Below the pieces are notes generated by a model. That model searched no databases and was not told the DNA's origin. It worked only from the letters and a program-made list of their open reading frames with translations. Below, one piece after another: positions 8,084 through 16,266 of a stretch of DNA of 64,000 nucleotides. Position numbers and translations under genes: made by a program. The DNA is from Bacteroidales bacterium (lineage in GTDB: Bacteria > Bacteroidota > Bacteroidia > Bacteroidales > GCA-2748055): contig JAFGWU010000005.1 in NCBI GenBank assembly GCA_016936975.1, forward strand, positions 18,327-82,326, written 5' to 3'. The first letter of the stretch is position 1. Each line of letters opens with the position of its first letter.

Positions 8084-11074
8084 ATGGTCAGGCAATACCA
8101 AAATTTAAATTATCCCACCATCGATTTCAGTCATACGGCTTTCAACAAGCTTATGCAAAACCGTATCCGAAGGGTATTGATTCTCAGCAGTAACTATGAC
8201 TTTTTCATGCTAGAGGAGGACGGACGTATCGATGAACAGATTTTCAATGAGTATGTGTCCCTGAATCTTCGCTACCCCCCGGTGTTCATAAAAGCCACCA
8301 ATGCCCGGGAGGCTTTCAGTATCCTGGAGAATGAAGATATTGACCTGGTCATAGAAATGCTGAACCTGGGGGATATCGATGCATTCAAACTGGCTAAGAA
8401 GATTAAGGAGAGCTACGAGAACATACCAATCGTTGTGTTAACCCATTTCAACCGGGAGGTGAGCCTGAGAATCCAGAATGAAGATCTCTCAGCAATCGAT
8501 TACGTCTTCTGCTGGCTGGGCAATGCCGATCTCCTGCTTGCCATCATTAAACTTCTGGAGGACAGGATGAATGCGAAGCATGATGTGGAGGAGGTGGGTG
8601 TCCAGGTCATCCTGCTTGTGGAGGATTCCATTCGTTACACCTCGACTTACCTGCCGGAATTATACCGCATCGTGCTCCAGCAATCGAGGGATTTTATGAA
8701 GGAGGCCCTGAATGAACACCAGAAGATGCTGAGGATGCGGGGACGTCCGAAGATACTCCTGGCAAAAACCTACGACGAAGCGTTGGATCTGTATGAAAAG
8801 TACAGGTTTAATATGCTTGGCATCATCTCCGATGTCAGCTTCAAGAGGGATAATAAACGGGACAAGGAGGAGAAGCTCGGTCTGCGTTTGATTGAGCGCA
8901 TCCGCAGGGAGGATCCCTTTATGCCGGCACTGCTCCAGTCTTCCGATCTGTCCAACGCGGCCATTGCCGGGGAGATGGGCGTGGGATTCCTGCATAAATA
9001 TTCTAAATCCCTGTCCATAGAACTGCGGAATTTTATCATGCGGAATTTTGCCTTCGGCGAATTCATATTCAGGGATCCATTGACCCTGGAAGAGGTTGAC
9101 CGGGCAGCGGATCTCCAGGCACTGCAGCATAAAATCCTCGATCTGCCGGATGATGTCCTGCTGTATCATGTCGGAAGGAACGACTTTTCGAAATGGCTCA
9201 ATGCCAGGGCTATTTTTCCAGTGGCCCAGCTTTTCAAATACGTGAAAGCGGAGGATTTCAATAACCTGGATGAGGTCAGAAGTTATATCTATGAGGCGAT
9301 TTCCAGCTTCAGGATCAGCAAGAGCAGGGGGATTATTGCAGAATTTGACAAGCACAGTTTCGATGAGTATACCAACTTCTCCCGGATCGGACAGGAGTCG
9401 ATCGGGGGTAAGGCCAGGGGCCTGGCATTTCTGAACAACGTCATTCAACAGCAGAAGCTGTTTAACAAATATCCCGATTGCATCATAACCGTTCCCCGGA
9501 CCGTTGTTTTGAGCACCGATATTTTCGATGATTTCATGGAGATGAACGATCTCTACAAAATCGGATTATCAGACAAGCCCGACGAAGAGATCCTTGAATA
9601 TTTTGTCAACGGGAGGTTGCCGGGATGGATCCACCAGGATCTCTATACCTTCCTGTCGGTTGTGAAGGCACCCCTGGCCATCCGCTCATCAAGCAAACTT
9701 GAGGATTCGCATTATCAACCGTTTGCAGGCATTTATTCCACCTATATGATCCCGGTTCTCGAGAATAACACAGCCAGAACCATGGAACTTCTTACCAACG
9801 CTATAAAGTCGGTTTATGCATCCGTTTATTTTAAAAGCAGTAAAGCTTATATTGAGGCAACCTCCAATGTGATTGATGAAGAAAAGATGGGAATCGTTCT
9901 GCAGGAGGTGTGCGGGACCCTCATCAATAACCTGTTTTTTCCGACCCTGTCGGGAGTCGCACGGTCCATCAATTTTTATCCAATCGCCCCGGAGAAGACA
10001 GGTGAGGGAATTGCCAAGATAGCCTATGGCCTCGGCAAATACATCATGGATGGGGGAGTCTCACTCAGGTTCTCGCCGAAATATCCGAAAAAGATCCTGC
10101 AACTATCCACTCCACGCCAGATGCTGCGCGATACCCAGAGATCCTTTTACGCCCTGAACACGGACGAACAGGGTTTCAAAATTTCAACGGATGATTCATT
10201 TAATCTGCTCAGGCTGAAAATAGATGAGGCCAGAGAGGACCCGGCTTTAAAGTATGTTATGTCGGTATACGACTATCAGTCAGATGTCGTAAGGGATGGA
10301 TTGAAATACGAAGGAAAGAAAATCGTTACCTTCTCCAGCATTCTTCAGCATAACCTGTTCCCCCTTCCCGCTATTCTGCAGGAACTGCTTGAGATCGGGC
10401 AGAAGGAGATGAACCTGCCAGTTGAGATAGAATTTGCGGTGAACCTGAATGTGCCGAAAGGTTCGCCATTCATCTTCAACCTGCTTCAGATCAGACCCAT
10501 TGTGGAGACCGAACAGGGTCCTGAGATTACCATTGCAGAATTGCAGCCTGAAGATACCATTCTCTATTCTGAGGCAGCACTCGGAAATGGACTGTTTAAA
10601 AATATCCGTGATATCGTGTATCTGCCCCCAGGCACATTTGACCCGGCCCGCAGCAAGGAGATCGCTGAGCAGATTGAGAAAATCAATGAGGAGATGAAAA
10701 AGCAGAACCGGACCTATGTGCTGATAGGTCCGGGGCGGTGGGGCTCATCCGATCCATGGCTGGGGATACCGATTAAATGGGGACAAATATCTGCGGCGAG
10801 GATCATTGTTGAATCCGGTCTCGAGGATTATCGCATCGACCCCAGTCAGGGGACCCACTTTTTTCATAATATGGTCTCTTTTCATGTGGGTTATATGACC
10901 ATCAATCCATACATCAGTGAGGGATTCTATAATCACGGGTACCTCGACCGTCTTCCTGCCTGTTCGGAGGATCATTTTGTGCGGCACGTGAGGTTCGACA
11001 GCGAGCTCATCATCAAGATCGACGGAAAGAGCAATAGAGGGGTGATCCTGAAACCGGGCAAAGGGAGTGTTTGA
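8084..11074 (+). CDS. Paralog of the preceding gene: pseudo-receiver, receiver, PPDK_N-type ATP-grasp and the conserved C-terminal module (no GAF-like N-terminus)
   Basis: 996 aa, collinear with residues ~170-1163 of the upstream protein. Matching motifs: VILLVEDS...IISDVSF...LLQSSD, FGEFIFRD, GGKARGLAFLN, AIRSSSKLEDSHYQPFAGIYSTY, EIEFAVNL...NLLQIRP, YVLIGPGRWGSSDPWLGIPIKWGQIS, GTHFFHN. Confidence 0.6.
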   Translation: MVRQYQNLNYPTIDFSHTAFNKLMQNRIRRVLILSSNYDFFMLEEDGRIDEQIFNEYVSLNLRYPPVFIKATNAREAFSILENEDIDLVIEMLNLGDIDAFKLAKKIKESYENIPIVVLTHFNREVSLRIQNEDLSAIDYVFCWLGNADLLLAIIKLLEDRMNAKHDVEEVGVQVILLVEDSIRYTSTYLPELYRIVLQQSRDFMKEALNEHQKMLRMRGRPKILLAKTYDEALDLYEKYRFNMLGIISDVSFKRDNKRDKEEKLGLRLIERIRREDPFMPALLQSSDLSNAAIAGEMGVGFLHKYSKSLSIELRNFIMRNFAFGEFIFRDPLTLEEVDRAADLQALQHKILDLPDDVLLYHVGRNDFSKWLNARAIFPVAQLFKYVKAEDFNNLDEVRSYIYEAISSFRISKSRGIIAEFDKHSFDEYTNFSRIGQESIGGKARGLAFLNNVIQQQKLFNKYPDCIITVPRTVVLSTDIFDDFMEMNDLYKIGLSDKPDEEILEYFVNGRLPGWIHQDLYTFLSVVKAPLAIRSSSKLEDSHYQPFAGIYSTYMIPVLENNTARTMELLTNAIKSVYASVYFKSSKAYIEATSNVIDEEKMGIVLQEVCGTLINNLFFPTLSGVARSINFYPIAPEKTGEGIAKIAYGLGKYIMDGGVSLRFSPKYPKKILQLSTPRQMLRDTQRSFYALNTDEQGFKISTDDSFNLLRLKIDEAREDPALKYVMSVYDYQSDVVRDGLKYEGKKIVTFSSILQHNLFPLPAILQELLEIGQKEMNLPVEIEFAVNLNVPKGSPFIFNLLQIRPIVETEQGPEITIAELQPEDTILYSEAALGNGLFKNIRDIVYLPPGTFDPARSKEIAEQIEKINEEMKKQNRTYVLIGPGRWGSSDPWLGIPIKWGQISAARIIVESGLEDYRIDPSQGTHFFHNMVSFHVGYMTINPYISEGFYNHGYLDRLPACSEDHFVRHVRFDSELIIKIDGKSNRGVILKPGKGSV

Positions 11075-11129
11075 TCCTTCTGCTAAACAATTTCCCATCA
11101 GAAGTGTTAATGATAAAAACATCATTAAC

Positions 11130-11864
11130 ATGAACAAAAGGAACTTCCTGAAACATACTGCGGCACTCGGGGCAGGTGCCCTTATTGCGCCCTCCCTTCT
11201 GACTTCTTTTACCATTCCCGGTGATCGCGTGAAGGCCGGGTTAACCGGGCAGACCGGATTTCAACAACCGGAACTGAATTATGCCTTTGATGCCCTGGAA
11301 CCCTATATCGACAGGAGAACCATGGAACTGCACTATAGCAAGCACCATGCCGGTTATACGCAGAAGTTAAATGAGGCACTCGGCCGTGAAGGAATTACAG
11401 AAGACAATATCCTGAGAATATTGGAGAACATTTCCTCTTACGGTGCGGCGGTAAGGAACAACGGAGGAGGATATTACAACCATAACCTTTACTGGAATTT
11501 CATGTCTCCCGAAGGAGGTGGAACCCCCCGGGGTAAAATCGGGAAAGCCATCAGGAAACAATTCGGTTCCTTTGAAGCTTTTAAGGAGCAATTTTCTTCC
11601 GTGGCCGCTTCCCATTTCGGATCAGGTTGGGCCTGGCTGATAGTTAAGCCCAATGGACAGCTCCAGGTGGTCAGTACGCCCAACCAGGATAATCCGTTAA
11701 TGGATGTTTCCGAGGTAAAGGGATCCCCGGTGCTGAACATCGATGTCTGGGAACATGCATATTACCTGAATTATCAAAATCAGCGTGCCCGCTATATCGA
11801 AGCCTACTGGAATATCATAGACTGGGATTATGTAGAGCACCTCTACCGGGAAGCGGTGCAGTAA
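11130..11864 (+). CDS. Fe/Mn-family superoxide dismutase with a Tat-like (KR variant) N-terminal signal
   Basis: SOD signatures HYSKHHAGYT, NHNLYW and DVWEHAYYL. A ~50-aa extension begins MNKRNFLKHTAALGAGALIAPSL. I prefer ATG 11130 to the ORF-track start 11067. Confidence 0.85.
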   Translation: MNKRNFLKHTAALGAGALIAPSLLTSFTIPGDRVKAGLTGQTGFQQPELNYAFDALEPYIDRRTMELHYSKHHAGYTQKLNEALGREGITEDNILRILENISSYGAAVRNNGGGYYNHNLYWNFMSPEGGGTPRGKIGKAIRKQFGSFEAFKEQFSSVAASHFGSGWAWLIVKPNGQLQVVSTPNQDNPLMDVSEVKGSPVLNIDVWEHAYYLNYQNQRARYIEAYWNIIDWDYVEHLYREAVQ

Positions 11865-11967
11865 TAGCTATTTTCAAATACCTGTTCTTTATCATATTGG
11901 TTTTGTTTGGTAAATCACATTCAAAAACTCAATTTTGCATCAACAATTTACTTCTAACAAAACCATC

Positions 11968-13305
11968 ATGAATGTAGATAAAATAATGAATGACCTGGTG
12001 AAAAAGCATCCGGCAGAACCGGAATATCACCAGGCAGTAAGGGAGGTTCTTGAATCCATAGAGGAGGTCTACAATGAGAACCCGCAATTTGCCTCGGCCA
12101 ACATCGTTGAAAGGCTTATTGAACCCGACCGGATACTGACCTTTAAAGTGCCCTGGGCGGATGATCAGGGAGCGGTCCATGTCAATATCGGCTACCGGAT
12201 CCAGTTTAATAATGCCATTGGTCCCTACAAAGGCGGCTTGAGGTTTCACCCCAGCGTAAATCTCAGTATCCTCAAATTTTTGGGATTTGAACAGATCTTC
12301 AAGAACAGCCTCACCTCATTGCCCATGGGAGGTGCCAAAGGCGGTTCTGATTTTGATCCAAAAGGAAAGAGCAATGCGGAAATCATGCGTTTCTGCCAGG
12401 CATTCATGTTGGAGCTGTGGAATTTTATTGGTCCTGATACGGATGTCCCGGCCGGGGATATCGGTGTCGGAGGCAGGGAGATAGGATACCTTTACGGAAC
12501 CTACCGCAAACTGGCACGGGAGAATACCGGCGTTTTGACCGGAAAGGGTTTGAACTGGGGAGGTTCCCTTATCAGGCCGGAGGCCACCGGATTCGGATGC
12601 GTCTATTTTGCAAATGAAATGCTGTCTACCCGCGGGGAATCCTTCAAAGGAAAAAAAGTGGCGATTTCAGGATTTGGAAACGTGGCCTGGGGAGCCGCCA
12701 GCAAGGTAACCGAGCTGGGAGGGAAGGTAGTTACCATCTCGGGACCCGATGGTTATATTTATGATCCGGAGGGACTGTCAGGTGATAAGATTACCTACAT
12801 GCTCGAGCTGAGGGCCTCCAATGAGGATATTGTCTCTCCCTATGCCCTTGAATTTGAAAGTGGTGAATTTGTTCAGGGAAAGCGGCCATGGGAAGTTAAG
12901 GTTGATATTGCCTTACCATGTGCCACCCAGAATGAATTAAACAGGGAAGATGCAGAAAACCTCGTTAAGAATGGATGCATGTGTGTTTGTGAAGGGGCAA
13001 ATATGCCTTGCACTCCCGAAGCCATAGAGATCTTCCAGAGGAATGGCCTGTTATATGCCCCCGGGAAGGCAGCCAATGCAGGAGGGGTTGCAACATCAGG
13101 ACTCGAGATGGCCCAGAATTCAATGAAGATAAACTGGAGCAGGGCAGAGGTGGATGACCGGTTGCACCACATCATGAAACAGATACATAAGAACTGTGTG
13201 GATCACGGTACGAACGCTGAAGGATATGTCGATTATGTCAGGGGAGCCAATATAGCAGGTTTCCTGAAGGTTGCGAATGCCATGGTTGACCAGGGATTAG
13301 TTTAG
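11968..13305 (+). CDS. gdhA: NADP-specific glutamate dehydrogenase
   Basis: KGGLRFHPSVN, the catalytic loop PMGGAKGGSDFDPKGKS and the dinucleotide fold GFGNVAWG. Start moved to ATG 11968 (445 aa, MNVDKIMNDL...). Confidence 0.9.
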   Translation: MNVDKIMNDLVKKHPAEPEYHQAVREVLESIEEVYNENPQFASANIVERLIEPDRILTFKVPWADDQGAVHVNIGYRIQFNNAIGPYKGGLRFHPSVNLSILKFLGFEQIFKNSLTSLPMGGAKGGSDFDPKGKSNAEIMRFCQAFMLELWNFIGPDTDVPAGDIGVGGREIGYLYGTYRKLARENTGVLTGKGLNWGGSLIRPEATGFGCVYFANEMLSTRGESFKGKKVAISGFGNVAWGAASKVTELGGKVVTISGPDGYIYDPEGLSGDKITYMLELRASNEDIVSPYALEFESGEFVQGKRPWEVKVDIALPCATQNELNREDAENLVKNGCMCVCEGANMPCTPEAIEIFQRNGLLYAPGKAANAGGVATSGLEMAQNSMKINWSRAEVDDRLHHIMKQIHKNCVDHGTNAEGYVDYVRGANIAGFLKVANAMVDQGLV

Positions 13306-14592
13306 GCTCCAGAGGTATTCTTTGAATGCCTCATATTCGTTGCCTATTTTCAAAGCCTGTTTTTTTCTGCCGGAAAAAGCTGAGAGCCTTTCGGGAACGC
13401 GGCACGGACGACCGATCAGCGGATCAATTATTTCGGTGAATTTCGCCGGATGAGCCGTTTCAAGGAAGATGCCGGTTACACCCTCATGATGATTCATGTA
13501 GGTTCTGGCAGCCTGGTAACCTGTCGCTCCATGCGGGTCGCAAACATACCCCGTGTTTTTGTACACGGATTTAATAATCTCCCGGATCTCGTCATCGGTG
13601 TAAGAATAACCCTCTATATGATGGGTCACTCTTTCATGCTTTCCGCTGAAGATATCCAGGATCCTGACGAAATTGCTCGGGTTCCCCACATCCATCGCAT
13701 TGGCAATGGTTGTAACGGAGGGCCGGGGTACGAACACGCCGGATTGCAGATATTCAGGGACCACATCATTAATGTTGTTGGCCGACAGGAATTTGTGAAC
13801 AGGCAGTCCCATCTCCCTGGCAATCAGTCCGGCGGTCAGATTTCCGTAATTACCGCTGGGCACCGAGAAAAAGATATCTTTTCCGGGAACCTGGTTCCAG
13901 GCCCTGAAATAGTAGAACGACTGGGGCAGTAACCGTGCAAGGTTAATGGAGTTGGCCGACGTCAGGGTAAGCTTTTCCGACAGGTCAGGATCGAGGAAGG
14001 CCTTTTTTACGAGCCGCTGACAATCGTCGAAAGTGCCACTCACCTCAAGGGCTGTGATATTTTGTCCGAGCGTGGTAAATTGCTTCTCCTGCAGTGGGCT
14101 TACCATTCCGGAGGGGTACAGGACATGAACCCGTATTCCTTTTGCCCCCAGGAAACCGTTCGCCACCGCACTGCCAGTATCCCCTGAGGTGGCGACCAGA
14201 ACATGCACTTCTGCGGTCCGGTCGCGGGTAAAGTGCTCGAGCATCCTGGACATGAAACGGGCTCCGACATCCTTGAACGCCAGGGTGGGGCCATGGAACA
14301 ATTCGACCGTGTAGAGGTTATCTTCAATCTTCACCACAGGCGTATCGAAGTTTATGGCTTCGCCGACCAGCCGCACCAGGTCCGGCTGGGGAATATCCTC
14401 TCCAAAGAGCTTTTCTGAAATGATGATCCCGATCTCCGTCAGGTTGGAAGATTTGATGGCTTCCATTTCAGACCGTGTCAGAACCGGGAATCTCTGGGGC
14501 ATGTATAAACCGTTATCGGGTGCCAGCCCTTTGAAGACAGCCTCTTTCAGCGAACAGATGATGCTTTTGTTATTTGTGCTGTAGAATTTCAT
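13297..14592 (-). CDS. thrC: Threonine synthase
   Basis: PLP Lys motif TLAFKDVGARFM and SGDTGSAV. Start placed at ATG 14592 (MKFYSTNN...). The 83 upstream codons of the ORF-track entry overlap thrB. Confidence 0.9.
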   Translation of the reverse strand: MKFYSTNNKSIICSLKEAVFKGLAPDNGLYMPQRFPVLTRSEMEAIKSSNLTEIGIIISEKLFGEDIPQPDLVRLVGEAINFDTPVVKIEDNLYTVELFHGPTLAFKDVGARFMSRMLEHFTRDRTAEVHVLVATSGDTGSAVANGFLGAKGIRVHVLYPSGMVSPLQEKQFTTLGQNITALEVSGTFDDCQRLVKKAFLDPDLSEKLTLTSANSINLARLLPQSFYYFRAWNQVPGKDIFFSVPSGNYGNLTAGLIAREMGLPVHKFLSANNINDVVPEYLQSGVFVPRPSVTTIANAMDVGNPSNFVRILDIFSGKHERVTHHIEGYSYTDDEIREIIKSVYKNTGYVCDPHGATGYQAARTYMNHHEGVTGIFLETAHPAKFTEIIDPLIGRPCRVPERLSAFSGRKKQALKIGNEYEAFKEYLWSLN

Positions 14593-14599
14593 CTTTTTT

Positions 14600-15523
14600 T
14601 CATACGATTCGGCAGCCGGCCTCGCTGACCCTTGAAAGATATAAATTGCATGGAATCTGATGCCGCCTGAAATGATCAAGCTTGGCTCTCCCAACAGATT
14701 CGGCCAGTTCGGCTCCCCTGCAGAGGGAAAATACAGAAGGACCTGAGCCGGAAAGTCCCGTTCCGATCGATCCGGCTTCCAGCGCTTTTTCCCGTAACGA
14801 TTCAAATCCGGGAATCCGTGATGTGCGGAAAGGTTCGGCAAACAGGTCCCTGACTGACCGGCTGATCAAGGCGTAGTCGCTTGTTGCAAGTCCGGCTATC
14901 AGGCCTGCAAGGTTACCGCATTGTTCGAGGGCCGTTTTTAATCTGACCTGTTCGGGAATCAGTTTTCTGCTCTCCAGGGTTTTTATTTCAATTTCGGGAT
15001 GCACCAGGGCGCACCAGAGATCATCAGGGTAGGGGATGTGCTTGATGTCGAGGGGATCGTATCCACGTATCAGGACGAATCCGCCAAGCAGGGCCGGGGC
15101 AATATTATCAGCATGGATGGTTCCGCTGGAGACCAGCTCTCCCTCCATGGCAAACGGAATCAGGGATCTTATATCCAGCGGGGATCCGAGAAGTTCATTT
15201 ATTCCCACCACGGCTGCGGCGCAACTGGCCGCACTGGAACCAATCCCGCTTCCGGGTTTTATCTTCCCGGTAAAGATAATATCGTAATCATCGGAGGCTT
15301 TCAAATGATTCAGCAAAGAGCGAACCGCCACCGCTGCCGTATTGCGGTCGGGCTGAAGCGGGAGTTCAAATCCCGATTCATTGATGAGGGTTAATCCCCT
15401 GCCGTTGTTCCTCCGGATAACCAGCTCATCCCCCGGCTTCTCAAGTGCGAAACCGAGCAGATCGAAACCAGGACCTACATTAGAAACGGTTGCGGGACCG
15501 AATATTTTTATGCTGTCCTTCAT
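14600..15523 (-). CDS. thrB: Homoserine kinase
   Basis: GHMP-kinase motif PGSGIGSSAASCAA and N-terminal FGPATVSNVGPGFD. Located between thrA and thrC. Confidence 0.85.
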   Translation of the reverse strand: MKDSIKIFGPATVSNVGPGFDLLGFALEKPGDELVIRRNNGRGLTLINESGFELPLQPDRNTAAVAVRSLLNHLKASDDYDIIFTGKIKPGSGIGSSAASCAAAVVGINELLGSPLDIRSLIPFAMEGELVSSGTIHADNIAPALLGGFVLIRGYDPLDIKHIPYPDDLWCALVHPEIEIKTLESRKLIPEQVRLKTALEQCGNLAGLIAGLATSDYALISRSVRDLFAEPFRTSRIPGFESLREKALEAGSIGTGLSGSGPSVFSLCRGAELAESVGRAKLDHFRRHQIPCNLYLSRVSEAGCRIV

Positions 15524-15541
15524 TGGGATCCCTTCAGGAAT

Positions 15542-16204
15542 TTAATGATTCAGTTCATCAAAGATAGTCCTATTTATTTCATTTAATGAGGAAATGATCC
15601 GGTCGGCTGCTCCAAACCGCCTGTCTTTTGCCTCTCCGGGTCCCGGCATGGCAATCACCTTCATCCTGGCGGCCCTGGCAGCAATCACACCGTGAAAGGA
15701 GTCTTCAATGGCCAGGCAGGCGGAGGGATGGCATCCCAGGAGCTTCGCCGTATTCAAATACACATTGGGGTGGGGTTTTCCGTAAGGCTCATGCTCGGCA
15801 GAGTAGATCACTGAAAAGTATTTCCGTAATCCGAACCGGTCAAGAATAATATTGATCAGAAACATCGGGGAGGAAGATGCCAGGGCCACCGGCAGGTTCA
15901 ATTCCTTAAAGAACCTGATCGCCCTGTCGGCGCCCTCCATCAATCGCGCCTTAGTCCAGAACAGATCGATCATCCTTTTTTCATATTCTTCCACCAGGGA
16001 CTCCTGTGGCGGGTAACTTCCCGGAAATCTTGAATACCAGTAATGAACCATCTCGTCGGACCGCAATCCTTTGGTCTGGACCTGCATCTCTTCGGTAAGG
16101 GTGATTCCCAACTCCCTGAAGATATCGACTTCCGTCCTCTGCCAGAGTGGCTCCGAATCGGTGAGCACACCATCCATATCAAATATCACCCCTTTTATCA
16201 TCAT
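15542..16204 (-). CDS. HAD-superfamily phosphatase (beta-phosphoglucomutase/sugar-phosphatase-like subfamily)
   Basis: Motif I FDMDGVLTDSE, motif II LASSS and motif IV-like AIEDSFHGVIAA. 220 aa. Confidence 0.75.
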   Translation of the reverse strand: MMIKGVIFDMDGVLTDSEPLWQRTEVDIFRELGITLTEEMQVQTKGLRSDEMVHYWYSRFPGSYPPQESLVEEYEKRMIDLFWTKARLMEGADRAIRFFKELNLPVALASSSPMFLINIILDRFGLRKYFSVIYSAEHEPYGKPHPNVYLNTAKLLGCHPSACLAIEDSFHGVIAARAARMKVIAMPGPGEAKDRRFGAADRIISSLNEINRTIFDELNH

Positions 16205-16266
16205 TTATCGGTTTTATTATTCCGAATCCACAACAGCCTGAAAATTCCTCTTCTCCCCCCGGTTCA

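Noticed and set aside
2497-9448. Several 260-313-aa antisense ORFs (2497..3438, 4653..5552, 8660..9448) inside korA and the REC/ATP-grasp genes.
   Set aside because: All are nested opposite strongly supported sense genes and lack motifs. The same pattern recurs across the window (24790..25557, 44579..45340), so it looks like a compositional artefact.
4578-11074. Annotating the two large genes simply as phosphoenolpyruvate synthase or pyruvate phosphate dikinase.
   Set aside because: Only the nucleotide-binding ATP-grasp (PPDK_N-like) signature is visible. I find no TSHAA-type phospho-His swivel motif and too little sequence for the PEP/pyruvate TIM barrel. Receiver domains occupy the N-terminal half.
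11067-11129. The longer SOD start (ORF-track 11067) overlapping the upstream gene.
   Set aside because: ATG 11130 gives a sensible Tat/Sec-like n-region (MNKRNFLK). The 21 extra residues would bury the signal peptide.
14593-14841. N-terminal 83-codon extension of the thrC ORF.
   Set aside because: The extension overlaps the thrB coding region in another frame and is Pro/Arg-rich nonsense. The canonical ThrC N-terminus (MKFYSTNN...LAPDNGLYMP) starts at ATG 14592, 7 nt after the thrB stop.
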